Shown here in pieces: positions 1 to 9,152 of a stretch of DNA of 64,000 nucleotides; the stretch's first letter is position 1; the number at the start of each line of letters is the position of its first letter. A program made the translations under genes and the position numbers. The notes beneath the pieces are model-generated. The model worked only from the letters and a program-made list of their open reading frames with translations, did no database searches and was not told the DNA's origin. Location of the stretch: NCBI GenBank assembly GCA_046704725.1, contig JBJKRI010000008.1:32001-96000 (forward strand). The letters run 5' to 3'. Origin of the DNA: Candidatus Woesearchaeota archaeon (GTDB taxonomy: Archaea > Nanobdellota > Nanobdellia > Woesearchaeales > SKIA01).

Positions 1-2
1 GG

Positions 3-3000
3 GCCCTGAACGGCTGGACCTATAAGCCTTCAGACCTGTTCTTCAACGGGACCATAGACGACGTCTCGGTGTATGCACGCGATCTGAGCGCGCAGCAGGT
101 CGCCGCCCAGTACAATTCCGGCGCGCCACGTCACAACCTTACGGTCAGCCAAGAGCTCACTCCGAACGATCGATGGACCGTGGCCGTGACGCCCAACAAC
201 GGGGTGCGCGACGGGCCCACAGCGTACACGAACATGCTGCAAGAGTCGGGGCAGACCGTCTGCATCAACGAGACCGGCTACTGCTTCACCACGATTCAAG
301 CGGCCGTAGACAACGCGACCGCCGGACAAACGGTCGTCATCACGGACAGCGCCACGTACGACGAGAATGTCACGGTCGGAAAGGATCTCACCATCACGAG
401 CAACGGGACGGGGTACCCACTCGTCTACTTCGCGAACGGGACTGCGATCGACGCGGGAACAAACAACGTCACGCTCAAGCGCCTCCACATCCGAGTGAAC
501 GGGACGGCGAGCGGCATCGAAGCGGTGAAGATGGACTACGGGACCATCCGGAACGTCAAGTTCGACGGGAACATGGGGGCGAACAGCTACGGCATCTATT
601 GCGGCGCCCACGACGGGCTCATCAGCCTGACGGACGTGAACTTCACACCCTCGAACGTGACGAGCGCCATGGGCAAGTACTGCAGCTGGATCCTGAACCG
701 CGTCACCGTGAACGGCACGGTCACCGCGGACGCGATAGAGAAGAGCCAGGCGTACGATGCGAGCGTGCGGATCAAGAACTCCTACCTCAACGCGACGCAG
801 TACGCGGTCTACGGCAAGCCCACCAATTCCAGTATTAGCAACTCTACCTTGTACGCCAGCCAGTACAACGCCGCGGTCCTCGGGGTCAATGCGTCCATCA
901 CGGAAAGCACCATAGAGTCCTTCGCGAGCACCGCGCTGTATGTGGGCAATAGCAGCAGCATCACGTTCTCCACGATCACCGGCGGTGGCGGGCATGCATC
1001 GATAAACACGAATGGCGAGAGCCATTGGGGCATCACGGTCTCCGACAGCAACCTAACCTATGTGGAGTACAACGACTTCACCTATGCCTACAACCAGAAC
1101 TTCACGTTCATCAACACGACGCTCAGCTCGAGCGGCACCCCCACCGTGCTGATGACCTGCACCGGAGGCGAGTGCTACGCCTATTTCGCGAACCACTACT
1201 CCCTGCACGTCAATGACACAAGCGGCAATGATATCTCGGGGGCGACAGTGACCATACACGACAGCACCGGCAGGCTCATCGGCAGATGGACGACGGACGC
1301 GAACGGGAACATCCCGAACCAGAACCTCACCGACGCCCTCAAGAAGAACCTCTACGGGACGGCATCTACGGTGTCGTACTCCCCGTACGATGTCTACGTG
1401 TACAAGAGCGGCTATGCGTCGAGCGAGACGTCCGTGGACATGTCGAGCAACCAGCAGGACACCGTGACCCTCACGCATCAGCTCAGCTGCACGATGGTCG
1501 CATCGACGTCATGCACGAACGGCACCAAGTACCTGGGCGTGATGAACACGAGCGGCGGCTACGACAATGCGCACGCGCAATTATATCCGGACGGCTGGTG
1601 GAACACTAGCTGGGCCTACCGGGAGGAGATCACGTTCGACAACAGCGCGAGCAGCACCAACCTCACGGACTTCCCCGTCATGGTCGTGCTCAATAGCAGC
1701 GACATCAACTACGCGCACGTCGCCACCGGCGGAACGGACCTCCGCTTCGTGGACGGTGACGGATATACGAGCATCCCGTACCAGATCGAGAAGTGGAACG
1801 CGAGCGGGAACAGCTATGTCTGGGTCAAAGTGCCGCAGATAGACGCCGGGAGCACGACGGACCACATCTGGATGTACTACGGGAACTCGACAGTCAGTGA
1901 CGCCCAGAACGCCTCCGCGGTCTGGTCCGACAGCTACGTCGGCGTCTGGCACCTGTCCTCGAACAGCTCGGCGAACGACTCGACGAGCTACGGCAACAAC
2001 GGCGCCGTGATCGGGAGCCCGACGAATACGACGGGAGAGATGGACGGCGCGCTCCACTTCGACGGGAGCGGACAGTACATCGACATCCCCAACGCGTCAT
2101 CGCTCAACTTCGTGAACGCGTCGAACTACACCATCGGCGCGTGGGTCTATCCCGAGTGGACGGAGACCGCGAACCCCGACGCGATCGTCCAGCAACTGGA
2201 CGGGACGGGCAGCGGACGCACCCACCTGTTCATCGACTTGTCGAACACCTACTGCACGACAGGAGCGACGAAGCAGTACATGACGTATGTGGGGAACACC
2301 GCGACGTGCAGCAACGTCTCGGCCGTGAACAACAGCTGGGCGTACGTGGCAGAGACCGTCGTCGAGAACGGGACGAACGATGTCGTGCGCTTCTACGTGA
2401 ACGGCACGCTCGAGAAGACCACGAACGTGAACAGCGAGAGCAACCTCAACGGCTCGTGGCGCATCGGTAGGCACCGCACCTACACGACCTGGGACTTCGA
2501 AGGAAAGATCGACGAGGTCCGGATGTCCGACGTCCGCAGGAGCGGCGACTACATCAAGGCCGAGTATCTCGCCGGAACAGGACAGTTCGCGACGGTGGGA
2601 TCGGAACAAGTGCCGTCGGACGGCATCACCTACAACAACAGCCTGTGCTGCTCTACGGACCAGAACGGCACGCTCGGCACGAGCTGCTCGAGCGGGGACC
2701 AGTTCCTCTCGCTCTATTCGACGGACAACTCCCACGTGCAGGAGACGAGCGTCGGCACATACACCGTGCCCGTCTGCATGAGCTTCTCGGCGGGTACGGT
2801 GAGCTGCAGCTACCAGACCGGCTCGTGCTCGCAGAATAGCAACTGCGTCCTTTCCATGGCCTCGGCGGACAACAGCCACATCGGCGCGTGCGGAGAATAC
2901 AACATCAACGTGTGCTGCACCCTGCCGCCGACACTCACGAGCCTCTTGCTGAACGCTACCTCGACGCGGAACTGGACGACAGACGACTTCAACCTCTGGC

Positions 3001-4532
3001 CGCAGGGAGCGCAGGGGTACAGGACGATCATCTACGACTGGTATCTCAACGGCACGCCGTTCGCAATGCTCGACCTGTCGTTCGACACGAATGTGAGCGT
3101 CGCGACGACCGGTGCGATCAAGGACTACAGCGGTAACGGCCACAACGCGACGCTCGGCGGAGGGACCGTGGCCCGGATGCCCACCTGGAATGCGAGCGGC
3201 GCATCAGGAGGGGCATATCATTTCACGAACGGGACGTACATCGATGTGGGCGCCGTGGGCAACTACTCCCGCACCATCGTCTTCTGGCTCCACCCGGACA
3301 CCGCAATCACCGCGACCTCTCCCACACGGCAACTGATCGAGCTCGGAAAACACGTCGCTGACGACTTGGGAGTCCTCATGGGAAGCTCGACGAGCGCGCT
3401 CTCGAACGAGATTATCGAGGTGCGCAGCAGCGCAGGAAAGAGCGGTTGGTGCTCGAGCTCCGGCAGTATCTCGGCGGCCTGGCACCAGTTCGTCGCGGTG
3501 TGGAACGGTACGCGGTACGAGATATACGTGGATGGTGTGCGCAAGGACAATTGCTACCAGGGCACGTCGAGCATCATCAACGCGACCGACGTCTGGGTCG
3601 GGAACTGGCAAAGCGCGCTGAGCAGCGCCTCTAGCGGATTCAACGGTTCCATCGATGACGTACAACTGTTCAACCGATCACTGTCCGCATCGCAGATACA
3701 GAGCATGTACCACAGCGGCACACCATACATGCAGACGATGAAGAGCACCGAGCTCAGCGTGAACGACACGTGGTACGCGACAGGGACGCCGAACAATGGC
3801 TTCACTGACGGTCCGACGGTGACGAGCAACAGCATCACCATCGTTAACAACGCGCCGAACACGCCGACGTTGATGGAACCCGGGAACAACACGACAGTAA
3901 CCACTGCGACACCGTACTTCAACTGGACCAACAGCACTGACCCCAACGGTGATGCGGTCCACTACGAGATCAATATCACAGCCCCATCGGGCTGCGCAGC
4001 GCTTCCCGTGCGCAACGTCACGCCGAGTGAATACACGAGCGTGGACACATTGTGCACGGACAAGTCCTACTACTGGTCGGTGCGGGCCTGCGACAACCTC
4101 CAGTACTGTAGCCCGTGGACGCCGGAATGGAACTTCACGGTGACGAGCGTGGTGAGCATCGACTTTGTCACCAACAACACGGACTTCGGACAGATGGCGC
4201 CATCCACTGCTAGCGTCAACAATACTAACAGCACGCTCGACAACAGTCCCCTGCCGCTTGAGGTCAACAACACTGGGACGGTCGCGGTGAACCTCACCAT
4301 CAAGGCGCTCGGAGCGCTCTGGACGAACGAAGGCCTCAACACGACTTACTTCGAGTACGCGGACGAGAACAGCAGCGACTGGCAGAACGTCACGCTCAAC
4401 TACACGAACCTGACGACGAACCTGAGCGTCGCGCACACGCGGCAGATCGAGATTAACATCACGGTCCCCGTGAACGAGCCGAACGGCGCGAAGCAGAGCA
4501 CCCTAGAGGTGCTCGCAGGAGCGGCGCAATGA
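3..4532 (+). CDS. Giant secreted surface glycoprotein/adhesin, 5'-truncated by the window edge (LamG domains, beta-helix-like region, Cys-rich NAH-repeat domain, DUF2341, FN3-like domain, C-terminal pilin/WxL-like domain)
   Basis: The frame is open from base 3 (ALNGWTYKPSDLFFNGTIDDVSVYARDLS, a LamG C-terminal motif). Other motifs: WWNTSWAYR...DLRFVD...YVWVKVP (DUF2341); FEGKIDEVRMS and FNGSIDDVQLFNRSLS (LamG). N-x-S/T sequons are very dense. Confidence 0.85.
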   Translation, partial: ALNGWTYKPSDLFFNGTIDDVSVYARDLSAQQVAAQYNSGAPRHNLTVSQELTPNDRWTVAVTPNNGVRDGPTAYTNMLQESGQTVCINETGYCFTTIQAAVDNATAGQTVVITDSATYDENVTVGKDLTITSNGTGYPLVYFANGTAIDAGTNNVTLKRLHIRVNGTASGIEAVKMDYGTIRNVKFDGNMGANSYGIYCGAHDGLISLTDVNFTPSNVTSAMGKYCSWILNRVTVNGTVTADAIEKSQAYDASVRIKNSYLNATQYAVYGKPTNSSISNSTLYASQYNAAVLGVNASITESTIESFASTALYVGNSSSITFSTITGGGGHASINTNGESHWGITVSDSNLTYVEYNDFTYAYNQNFTFINTTLSSSGTPTVLMTCTGGECYAYFANHYSLHVNDTSGNDISGATVTIHDSTGRLIGRWTTDANGNIPNQNLTDALKKNLYGTASTVSYSPYDVYVYKSGYASSETSVDMSSNQQDTVTLTHQLSCTMVASTSCTNGTKYLGVMNTSGGYDNAHAQLYPDGWWNTSWAYREEITFDNSASSTNLTDFPVMVVLNSSDINYAHVATGGTDLRFVDGDGYTSIPYQIEKWNASGNSYVWVKVPQIDAGSTTDHIWMYYGNSTVSDAQNASAVWSDSYVGVWHLSSNSSANDSTSYGNNGAVIGSPTNTTGEMDGALHFDGSGQYIDIPNASSLNFVNASNYTIGAWVYPEWTETANPDAIVQQLDGTGSGRTHLFIDLSNTYCTTGATKQYMTYVGNTATCSNVSAVNNSWAYVAETVVENGTNDVVRFYVNGTLEKTTNVNSESNLNGSWRIGRHRTYTTWDFEGKIDEVRMSDVRRSGDYIKAEYLAGTGQFATVGSEQVPSDGITYNNSLCCSTDQNGTLGTSCSSGDQFLSLYSTDNSHVQETSVGTYTVPVCMSFSAGTVSCSYQTGSCSQNSNCVLSMASADNSHIGACGEYNINVCCTLPPTLTSLLLNATSTRNWTTDDFNLWPQGAQGYRTIIYDWYLNGTPFAMLDLSFDTNVSVATTGAIKDYSGNGHNATLGGGTVARMPTWNASGASGGAYHFTNGTYIDVGAVGNYSRTIVFWLHPDTAITATSPTRQLIELGKHVADDLGVLMGSSTSALSNEIIEVRSSAGKSGWCSSSGSISAAWHQFVAVWNGTRYEIYVDGVRKDNCYQGTSSIINATDVWVGNWQSALSSASSGFNGSIDDVQLFNRSLSASQIQSMYHSGTPYMQTMKSTELSVNDTWYATGTPNNGFTDGPTVTSNSITIVNNAPNTPTLMEPGNNTTVTTATPYFNWTNSTDPNGDAVHYEINITAPSGCAALPVRNVTPSEYTSVDTLCTDKSYYWSVRACDNLQYCSPWTPEWNFTVTSVVSIDFVTNNTDFGQMAPSTASVNNTNSTLDNSPLPLEVNNTGTVAVNLTIKALGALWTNEGLNTTYFEYADENSSDWQNVTLNYTNLTTNLSVAHTRQIEINITVPVNEPNGAKQSTLEVLAGAAQ

Positions 4533-5668
4533 GACTCTCCATCACGCTCTTGGTGCTGCTGTTTGCTGTTCCCGCCGTGACGGCGTTCGGCATCAGCCCC
4601 GCGACATATAGCATGCTGGGCACGGGAACGAGCAACTATACCCTACGCATCCTCAATCCGCAGCACGAGAGCATGCAACTGCAGATTATCGGCGTCGGCC
4701 AGGCGGCGCAGTTCCTGCACCCATCCAAGAAGTACGTCAATCTGGCCTCCTCAATCACGGAGATCGACGTGCCCGTCTCGCTCGTGGTGCCCGCATCCCA
4801 GTTGCCGGGCGAGTACTCCGGCGCGCTCATTGTCGAACAACTGCCATCGAGCGTCCAAGGCAAAGGATTCGTGAGCGCCGTTGCTGCGGTGCAGCAACGT
4901 GTCAATGTGCGTGTGCCTGCGGACGGGAAGTTCGTGGATGCGCACATCCTGACGTCCGTGGGTTCGACGCAGGGAACGCAGGTCGTGACAGTCGCGGTGC
5001 AGAACATCGGCACGGAGAACATCTCACACCTTACTTCGCACACGGATATCCGCGACCCATCCAACCAGCTCGTGGCGAGCATGAGCACGAAACAGGTCTC
5101 CTTGGCTGTGGGTGCGGACAAGAGCCTTTCCGGGCAATGGCATCCGCGCCTTCCGGGGACCTATACGGTGACCGCGACGGTCACCTACGACAATCGGTCG
5201 TACACGACGAACAGGACTATCCAGGTCGGCACGCTCGACGTGCGCGTCGGCACGCCGGTCTTCGGGAACTTCTCTTTGGGCAGTCCGGTACGCATCGACA
5301 CGCCGCTCACCAGCGAATGGAACCAGCGATTGTCCAGCGTGACAGGGACGATTGTCATGGACGGTCCGGGAGGGTACCACACATCGTTTCCCACGCTCTC
5401 GACGGACCTGCCGCCCGACGGCGACGGCACGCTCATCGGCTACTGGAACGGCGCGGGGGCTCCTGCGGGGCAATACAACATGACGTTGCAGGTGCATTTC
5501 GCCGACCAGACGCGCAACGAGACATACCGTGTGGGCGTGGGCGTGGACTGGATACGGATCGAGCAGGGAGGGCAGGCGTCTTTTGCGACTATCCTCTTGG
5601 CGCTCGCGGCGTTGCTCGTTCTCGTGGCTGCTTACTTCGCGCAAAGGTATATAAGGCGGCGTCCATGA
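4529..5668 (+). CDS. Secreted three-Ig-domain protein with C-terminal TM anchor (DUF916/DUF3324-like)
   Basis: Signal peptide ending AFGISP, beta-rich body with PGEYSG/PGTY motifs, C-terminal hydrophobic helix followed by RRRP. ATGA overlap with the giant gene. Confidence 0.75.
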   Translation: MRLSITLLVLLFAVPAVTAFGISPATYSMLGTGTSNYTLRILNPQHESMQLQIIGVGQAAQFLHPSKKYVNLASSITEIDVPVSLVVPASQLPGEYSGALIVEQLPSSVQGKGFVSAVAAVQQRVNVRVPADGKFVDAHILTSVGSTQGTQVVTVAVQNIGTENISHLTSHTDIRDPSNQLVASMSTKQVSLAVGADKSLSGQWHPRLPGTYTVTATVTYDNRSYTTNRTIQVGTLDVRVGTPVFGNFSLGSPVRIDTPLTSEWNQRLSSVTGTIVMDGPGGYHTSFPTLSTDLPPDGDGTLIGYWNGAGAPAGQYNMTLQVHFADQTRNETYRVGVGVDWIRIEQGGQASFATILLALAALLVLVAAYFAQRYIRRRP

Positions 5669-5687
5669 AACCGGACGGGGCTATCTC

Positions 5688-6065
5688 ATGCCGGAACGAA
5701 AGAAGACTATCCATCTGGTGATATTGTATGTCATCGTCATCGCGCTCGCGGTGTACGTGCTGTCAGGACAGAACGCTGCGCATCAGGCGGTCCCGACGAA
5801 TTCGAGCAATATGTCGTGGGTCTGTCTCAAGCAGGAGTGCGCCTCCTCGGTGCCTGGCGGGACCGTGTGGGCACAGCAGAACTGCGGTCTCGTCAATACG
5901 ACGAACGGCTCTGTCGAGGCGTGCAGGGTGACCATCAACGGCCAGACGCAGCTCGTGCGAAAAGACGCGCTGAATCTTTCGGTCATCCGGCAGTGCACGG
6001 AGTACCGCTGCCTCGAGGACGTGCAGGTCCGGCACGTCAACTACACGCTTCCAGGCGCGCAATAG
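5688..6065 (+). CDS. Small membrane-anchored Cys-rich protein
   Basis: N-terminal TM helix, six Cys in the extracellular part, TATAAG about 35 nt upstream. Confidence 0.75.
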   Translation: MPERKKTIHLVILYVIVIALAVYVLSGQNAAHQAVPTNSSNMSWVCLKQECASSVPGGTVWAQQNCGLVNTTNGSVEACRVTINGQTQLVRKDALNLSVIRQCTEYRCLEDVQVRHVNYTLPGAQ

Positions 6066-6089
6066 GGCTTCACGCCGGGAACAGATATG

Positions 6090-6097
6090 TTTAAATA
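6090..6097 (+). promoter_or_regulatory. TATA box (TTTAAATA) for the 6133/6366 unit
   Basis: Archaeal TATA consensus in an AT-rich gap about 36 nt before ATG 6133. Confidence 0.55.
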
Positions 6098-6132
6098 GCA
6101 GTATAGAGAAAATCACTGGATAAGGATAACTC

Positions 6133-6351
6133 ATGGCAGCGGACATCAGCAATAATGCGGTGGCGGTCCTGCTGGTATTGGTGATTGTCGTGGCCGCGCT
6201 CGGCACTTGGGCGTTCCTCACGGCCTTCCAGCCGGTGTCGCAGGCAGCCCCGCAGGCGAGCAATGCGAACGTCCACTTGAGCATCTACCACCAACCCGCT
6301 CCAGAGCAATCCAGCAGTCAGGCGTCAGTGGCGCTCAAGATCGCAACATAA
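6133..6351 (+). CDS. 72-aa membrane-anchored protein (ISNN-TM, two short beta-strand motifs)
   Basis: MAADISNNAVAVLLVLVIVV N-terminus is paralogous to the next gene. Confidence 0.75.
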   Translation: MAADISNNAVAVLLVLVIVVAALGTWAFLTAFQPVSQAAPQASNANVHLSIYHQPAPEQSSSQASVALKIAT

Positions 6352-6365
6352 GGAGGTTCAATAGA

Positions 6366-7025
6366 ATGGCAGAAATCTCGAACAAGACCTTAGCGCTGCT
6401 CGTCGTGGCCGCGCTCGTGGTGGTCGTCGTGACCACCAGCATCCAGCTCAACAAGCTCAACACGCTCCAGTTCGGCCCGTCCGGCTTCGCAACCTCGGGC
6501 ACCGGGCGCGTCAACCTGACGATCGCCTCGTCCCTGAACATCGAGGTCGACTCCAATAACAACACGATTGACTTCGGCACCTGTACGCCGGCAGCCACGC
6601 TCTCGCCGTGGATCGACAGCAACTCGAGCGTGTCGAACACGACGATTTGCAACGGCACCGCCGCGTCGGGCCGCCAGGGCATCCAGATCAACAACATCGG
6701 CAACGTGAACGCGAACGTGACCGTCGTCGGCGAGTGTACGCCCGCGGCGCTCCTTCCGGAAGCGTCGGGCACCAGTAACCAGTTCCAGGTCTGGATCGCG
6801 AACTGCACGGGAGGCACCCAGAACCTGAACTCGTACACCTCGCTGTCCACCACGCCGATCATCGCGTGTGGGAACATGACGACGGGAACGTCCGGCGGCA
6901 ACGGCAGCTTCTGGATGTACGCGCGCGTCAAGATCGACTCGGACACGCTGCCAGCACAGAGCTGTGGCGCGGTGCCGCACGACTCCGACCAGCTCACGTT
7001 CAGCGCGACATCGAACGTCGGCTAG
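6366..7025 (+). CDS. Putative major pilin/WxL-like surface subunit
   Basis: True start ATG 6366 follows SD AGGAGGT. Sequence: MAEISNKTLALLVV-TM-GFAT-GRVNLTI...IDFG...INNIGNVNANVTV. T-rich terminator follows. Confidence 0.7.
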   Translation: MAEISNKTLALLVVAALVVVVVTTSIQLNKLNTLQFGPSGFATSGTGRVNLTIASSLNIEVDSNNNTIDFGTCTPAATLSPWIDSNSSVSNTTICNGTAASGRQGIQINNIGNVNANVTVVGECTPAALLPEASGTSNQFQVWIANCTGGTQNLNSYTSLSTTPIIACGNMTTGTSGGNGSFWMYARVKIDSDTLPAQSCGAVPHDSDQLTFSATSNVG

Positions 7026-7032
7026 GCCGATA

Positions 7033-7060
7033 TCTTTTTATTCTCTTTTCCGGGTTTTTT
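7033..7060 (+). terminator. Oligo-T archaeal terminator candidate
   Basis: TCTTTTTATTCTCTTTTCCGGGTTTTTT immediately after the stop at 7025. Confidence 0.5.
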
Positions 7061-7064
7061 CCCT

Positions 7065-8204
7065 ATGCGGATAGCCCTCTTGCTTCTCTGCGCCCTGATG
7101 GCGCTCCCACTCGTCCATGCTATCGGCATCACGCCGCCGAGCGCGCATATCGATTTCACACCCAACCAACAGGGATCCTTCGATGTCCTGGTGATGAATT
7201 CTCGGCCGTTCAGCATCACCGCAGGAGTCAACATCACCGGGGACTTGGCTCGCTACTTCAACGCCACAGGACCGAAGATCGGTGCCCGCGGGAGCGCGAC
7301 GTCGACGATCACATATAGTCTGCCGGCCGATATCGATCCCGGCCTGCATCGGCAGTTCATCTATTACACGGAGGACTTCTTCGACCCGAACGCCGGCTCG
7401 TTCGCCGCCCGCACGAGCGTCGGACTGACTGTGGACGTCTGGAAGCCCTATCCTGGCAAGTACGCGAAGCTCACGCTCGAACCACGCAACGTCCCGAAGG
7501 GACAGAAGACCGACGTGCATGTCACGATCGACAGCAAGGGGGACCAAGCCGTCACAGGAGATGTGAATCTCCGTATCCTGGACGCGTCGGGAGCGCTCAT
7601 CGACTCGTACGTGGTGCCCGGATTCAGCGTCGGGGCGAACACGAACCGCGGACGCTACGTGCAGGTCAACAGCCAGGACTACAAGCCCGGCAAGTACACC
7701 GTGAAGGGCAGCTATGACTACGGGGCGGGCGTCGCCACGGACAGCAAGACGCTCAAGATCGGCGAACGGACGATCATCATCGACAACACGTCCACCGCCG
7801 TCTATCTCGACCAGCCCGTCAACAAGTTCACCGTGACCGTCGAGAGCATGTGGAACCAGCCCCTCGACGATGTGGCGGCCACCTTCGCTCTGGGGGCGCA
7901 CACCGGCAAGACGCCGAGCGTCACGCTGCCCGCTTTCGGCTCGCAGCAGCTCGTCGGATACTGGGACACGGACAAGGCGCTCGCGCCCGGTAACGGCACA
8001 GTCCTTGTCACCGCCACCTTCCGGAACGGCACGCCCGTGTCGCGCACGTTCCCCATCACCATCTACAACCAGACGCCGCACCCCCAGAAGGAAGCGCCCG
8101 CGACGATCACCCTCGGACTGACCGACGTGCTGTTTGTCGCCCTGATGGTCCTGCTGCTCCTCGCGTTCGGCGGCTATCTCTGGCACATCCACGCACGCTC
8201 ATGA
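7065..8204 (+). CDS. Secreted three-Ig-domain protein with C-terminal TM anchor, paralog of 4529-5668
   Basis: AIGITPP N-terminus, PGKY motifs, ESMWNQ/GYWD matching SEWNQ/GYWN of the paralog, same length (379 aa). Confidence 0.75.
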   Translation: MRIALLLLCALMALPLVHAIGITPPSAHIDFTPNQQGSFDVLVMNSRPFSITAGVNITGDLARYFNATGPKIGARGSATSTITYSLPADIDPGLHRQFIYYTEDFFDPNAGSFAARTSVGLTVDVWKPYPGKYAKLTLEPRNVPKGQKTDVHVTIDSKGDQAVTGDVNLRILDASGALIDSYVVPGFSVGANTNRGRYVQVNSQDYKPGKYTVKGSYDYGAGVATDSKTLKIGERTIIIDNTSTAVYLDQPVNKFTVTVESMWNQPLDDVAATFALGAHTGKTPSVTLPAFGSQQLVGYWDTDKALAPGNGTVLVTATFRNGTPVSRTFPITIYNQTPHPQKEAPATITLGLTDVLFVALMVLLLLAFGGYLWHIHARS

Positions 8205-8608
8205 AGAAGCGCTCTGTCATCATCCTGGCCATCGTCATCTTCCTCGTGACAGCATCGATCGTCTCGCTCGTGTACCAGTACGAGCAGGGATACTTATTCT
8301 CGCACGTGCAGGAGATGCCGTACCTCTTCTACGTCAACCAGACGCCTGGCATAGACGTCCGGCACGACATCCTTCGCATGGGGCAGATCGCGTGGGGCGC
8401 CCGCACCACGCGTGAGGTGACCATCAGCGATCCAGGGGCGCACACAGTGCTCATCCGCGTCTTCGGCAAGGGGGCTGGCATCCTTTACGCCGATCCCTCG
8501 GAGCTCAACCTGACGAATGGCACGGCGAACGTCACCTTCATCGCCGAGGCCGCTCCAGACACTCCTTATGGACGCTATGACGGCGTGGTCCGCTTCTACT
8601 TCCATTGA
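8201..8608 (+). CDS. Small membrane-anchored Ig-like protein (minor subunit-like)
   Basis: N-terminal TM helix; GIDV..DILRMG..PDTPYGRYDGVVRF beta-sandwich pattern; ATGA overlap. Confidence 0.7.
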   Translation: MKKRSVIILAIVIFLVTASIVSLVYQYEQGYLFSHVQEMPYLFYVNQTPGIDVRHDILRMGQIAWGARTTREVTISDPGAHTVLIRVFGKGAGILYADPSELNLTNGTANVTFIAEAAPDTPYGRYDGVVRFYFH

Positions 8609-8618
8609 TGTCATGTAT

Positions 8619-8672
8619 TGACTGAAAAATCAATATATGACCGAAATTCTTAAGAACTGACGTTTTCAGTCA
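8619..8672. promoter_or_regulatory. Operator-like TGACYGAAA boxes (two direct, one inverted)
   Basis: TGACTGAAAA 8619-8628, TGACCGAAA 8638-8646 and TTTTCAGTCA 8663-8672, flanking palindrome TTCTTAAGAA. Confidence 0.55.
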
Positions 8673-8678
8673 TTCATT

Positions 8679-9152
8679 GTGGAGCTGGGAGCGCTGCTGC
8701 GCCATCCGGGAGTGCGGGACGTCATCGAGACGGACAAGGCACTGTTCATCCTCACGGACGCGCCGAAGACGCTCCCGCCGATATATAGCGACAGAGAGGT
8801 CGTGGCGCTTAGACCGGAGGAAGCCCTCGCGAGCGAACGGCTGCCGGAGCTGCTTTCTGGCATAAGCCATAAGAAGGGACGCCTCGCAGAACGGTCCGGA
8901 ATGCGCGGTTGGGAGCTCTACGAATTCGATCTTTCCGGATTGCCTGCGAGCGGAAAGCAATCCTTCGCCCACGCACTATACGGCACCGGCGGACGGGCGA
9001 GCGAGCTCGGACGCCTTGGCGGGCAGCGGCTCGGGCGCAGCGCGGTATTGGTCCCGCGCGGCAATGCCAGGACATTCGAGGAATGGCTCTCACACAAAGG
9101 GGCGCGATGGACGCGGAAGAGCGTCCTCGTGGAGGAGAAGGATGCGGCTTGA
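8679..9152 (+). CDS. Degenerate nucleotidyltransferase-family protein with C-terminal ferredoxin-like (Cas2/PaaX-like) domain
   Basis: C-terminal LYEFDLSGL...FAHALYG...LGGQRLGRSAVLVP...FEEWL pattern, as I recall it from archaeal MNT-fused proteins. No GS/DxD motif in the N-terminal part. Confidence 0.5.
   Translation: MELGALLRHPGVRDVIETDKALFILTDAPKTLPPIYSDREVVALRPEEALASERLPELLSGISHKKGRLAERSGMRGWELYEFDLSGLPASGKQSFAHALYGTGGRASELGRLGGQRLGRSAVLVPRGNARTFEEWLSHKGARWTRKSVLVEEKDAA

Noticed and set aside
8679-9152. Cas2 / CRISPR-Cas component
   Set aside because: There is only a ferredoxin-like resemblance; no array, cas1 or other cas genes occur in the window.
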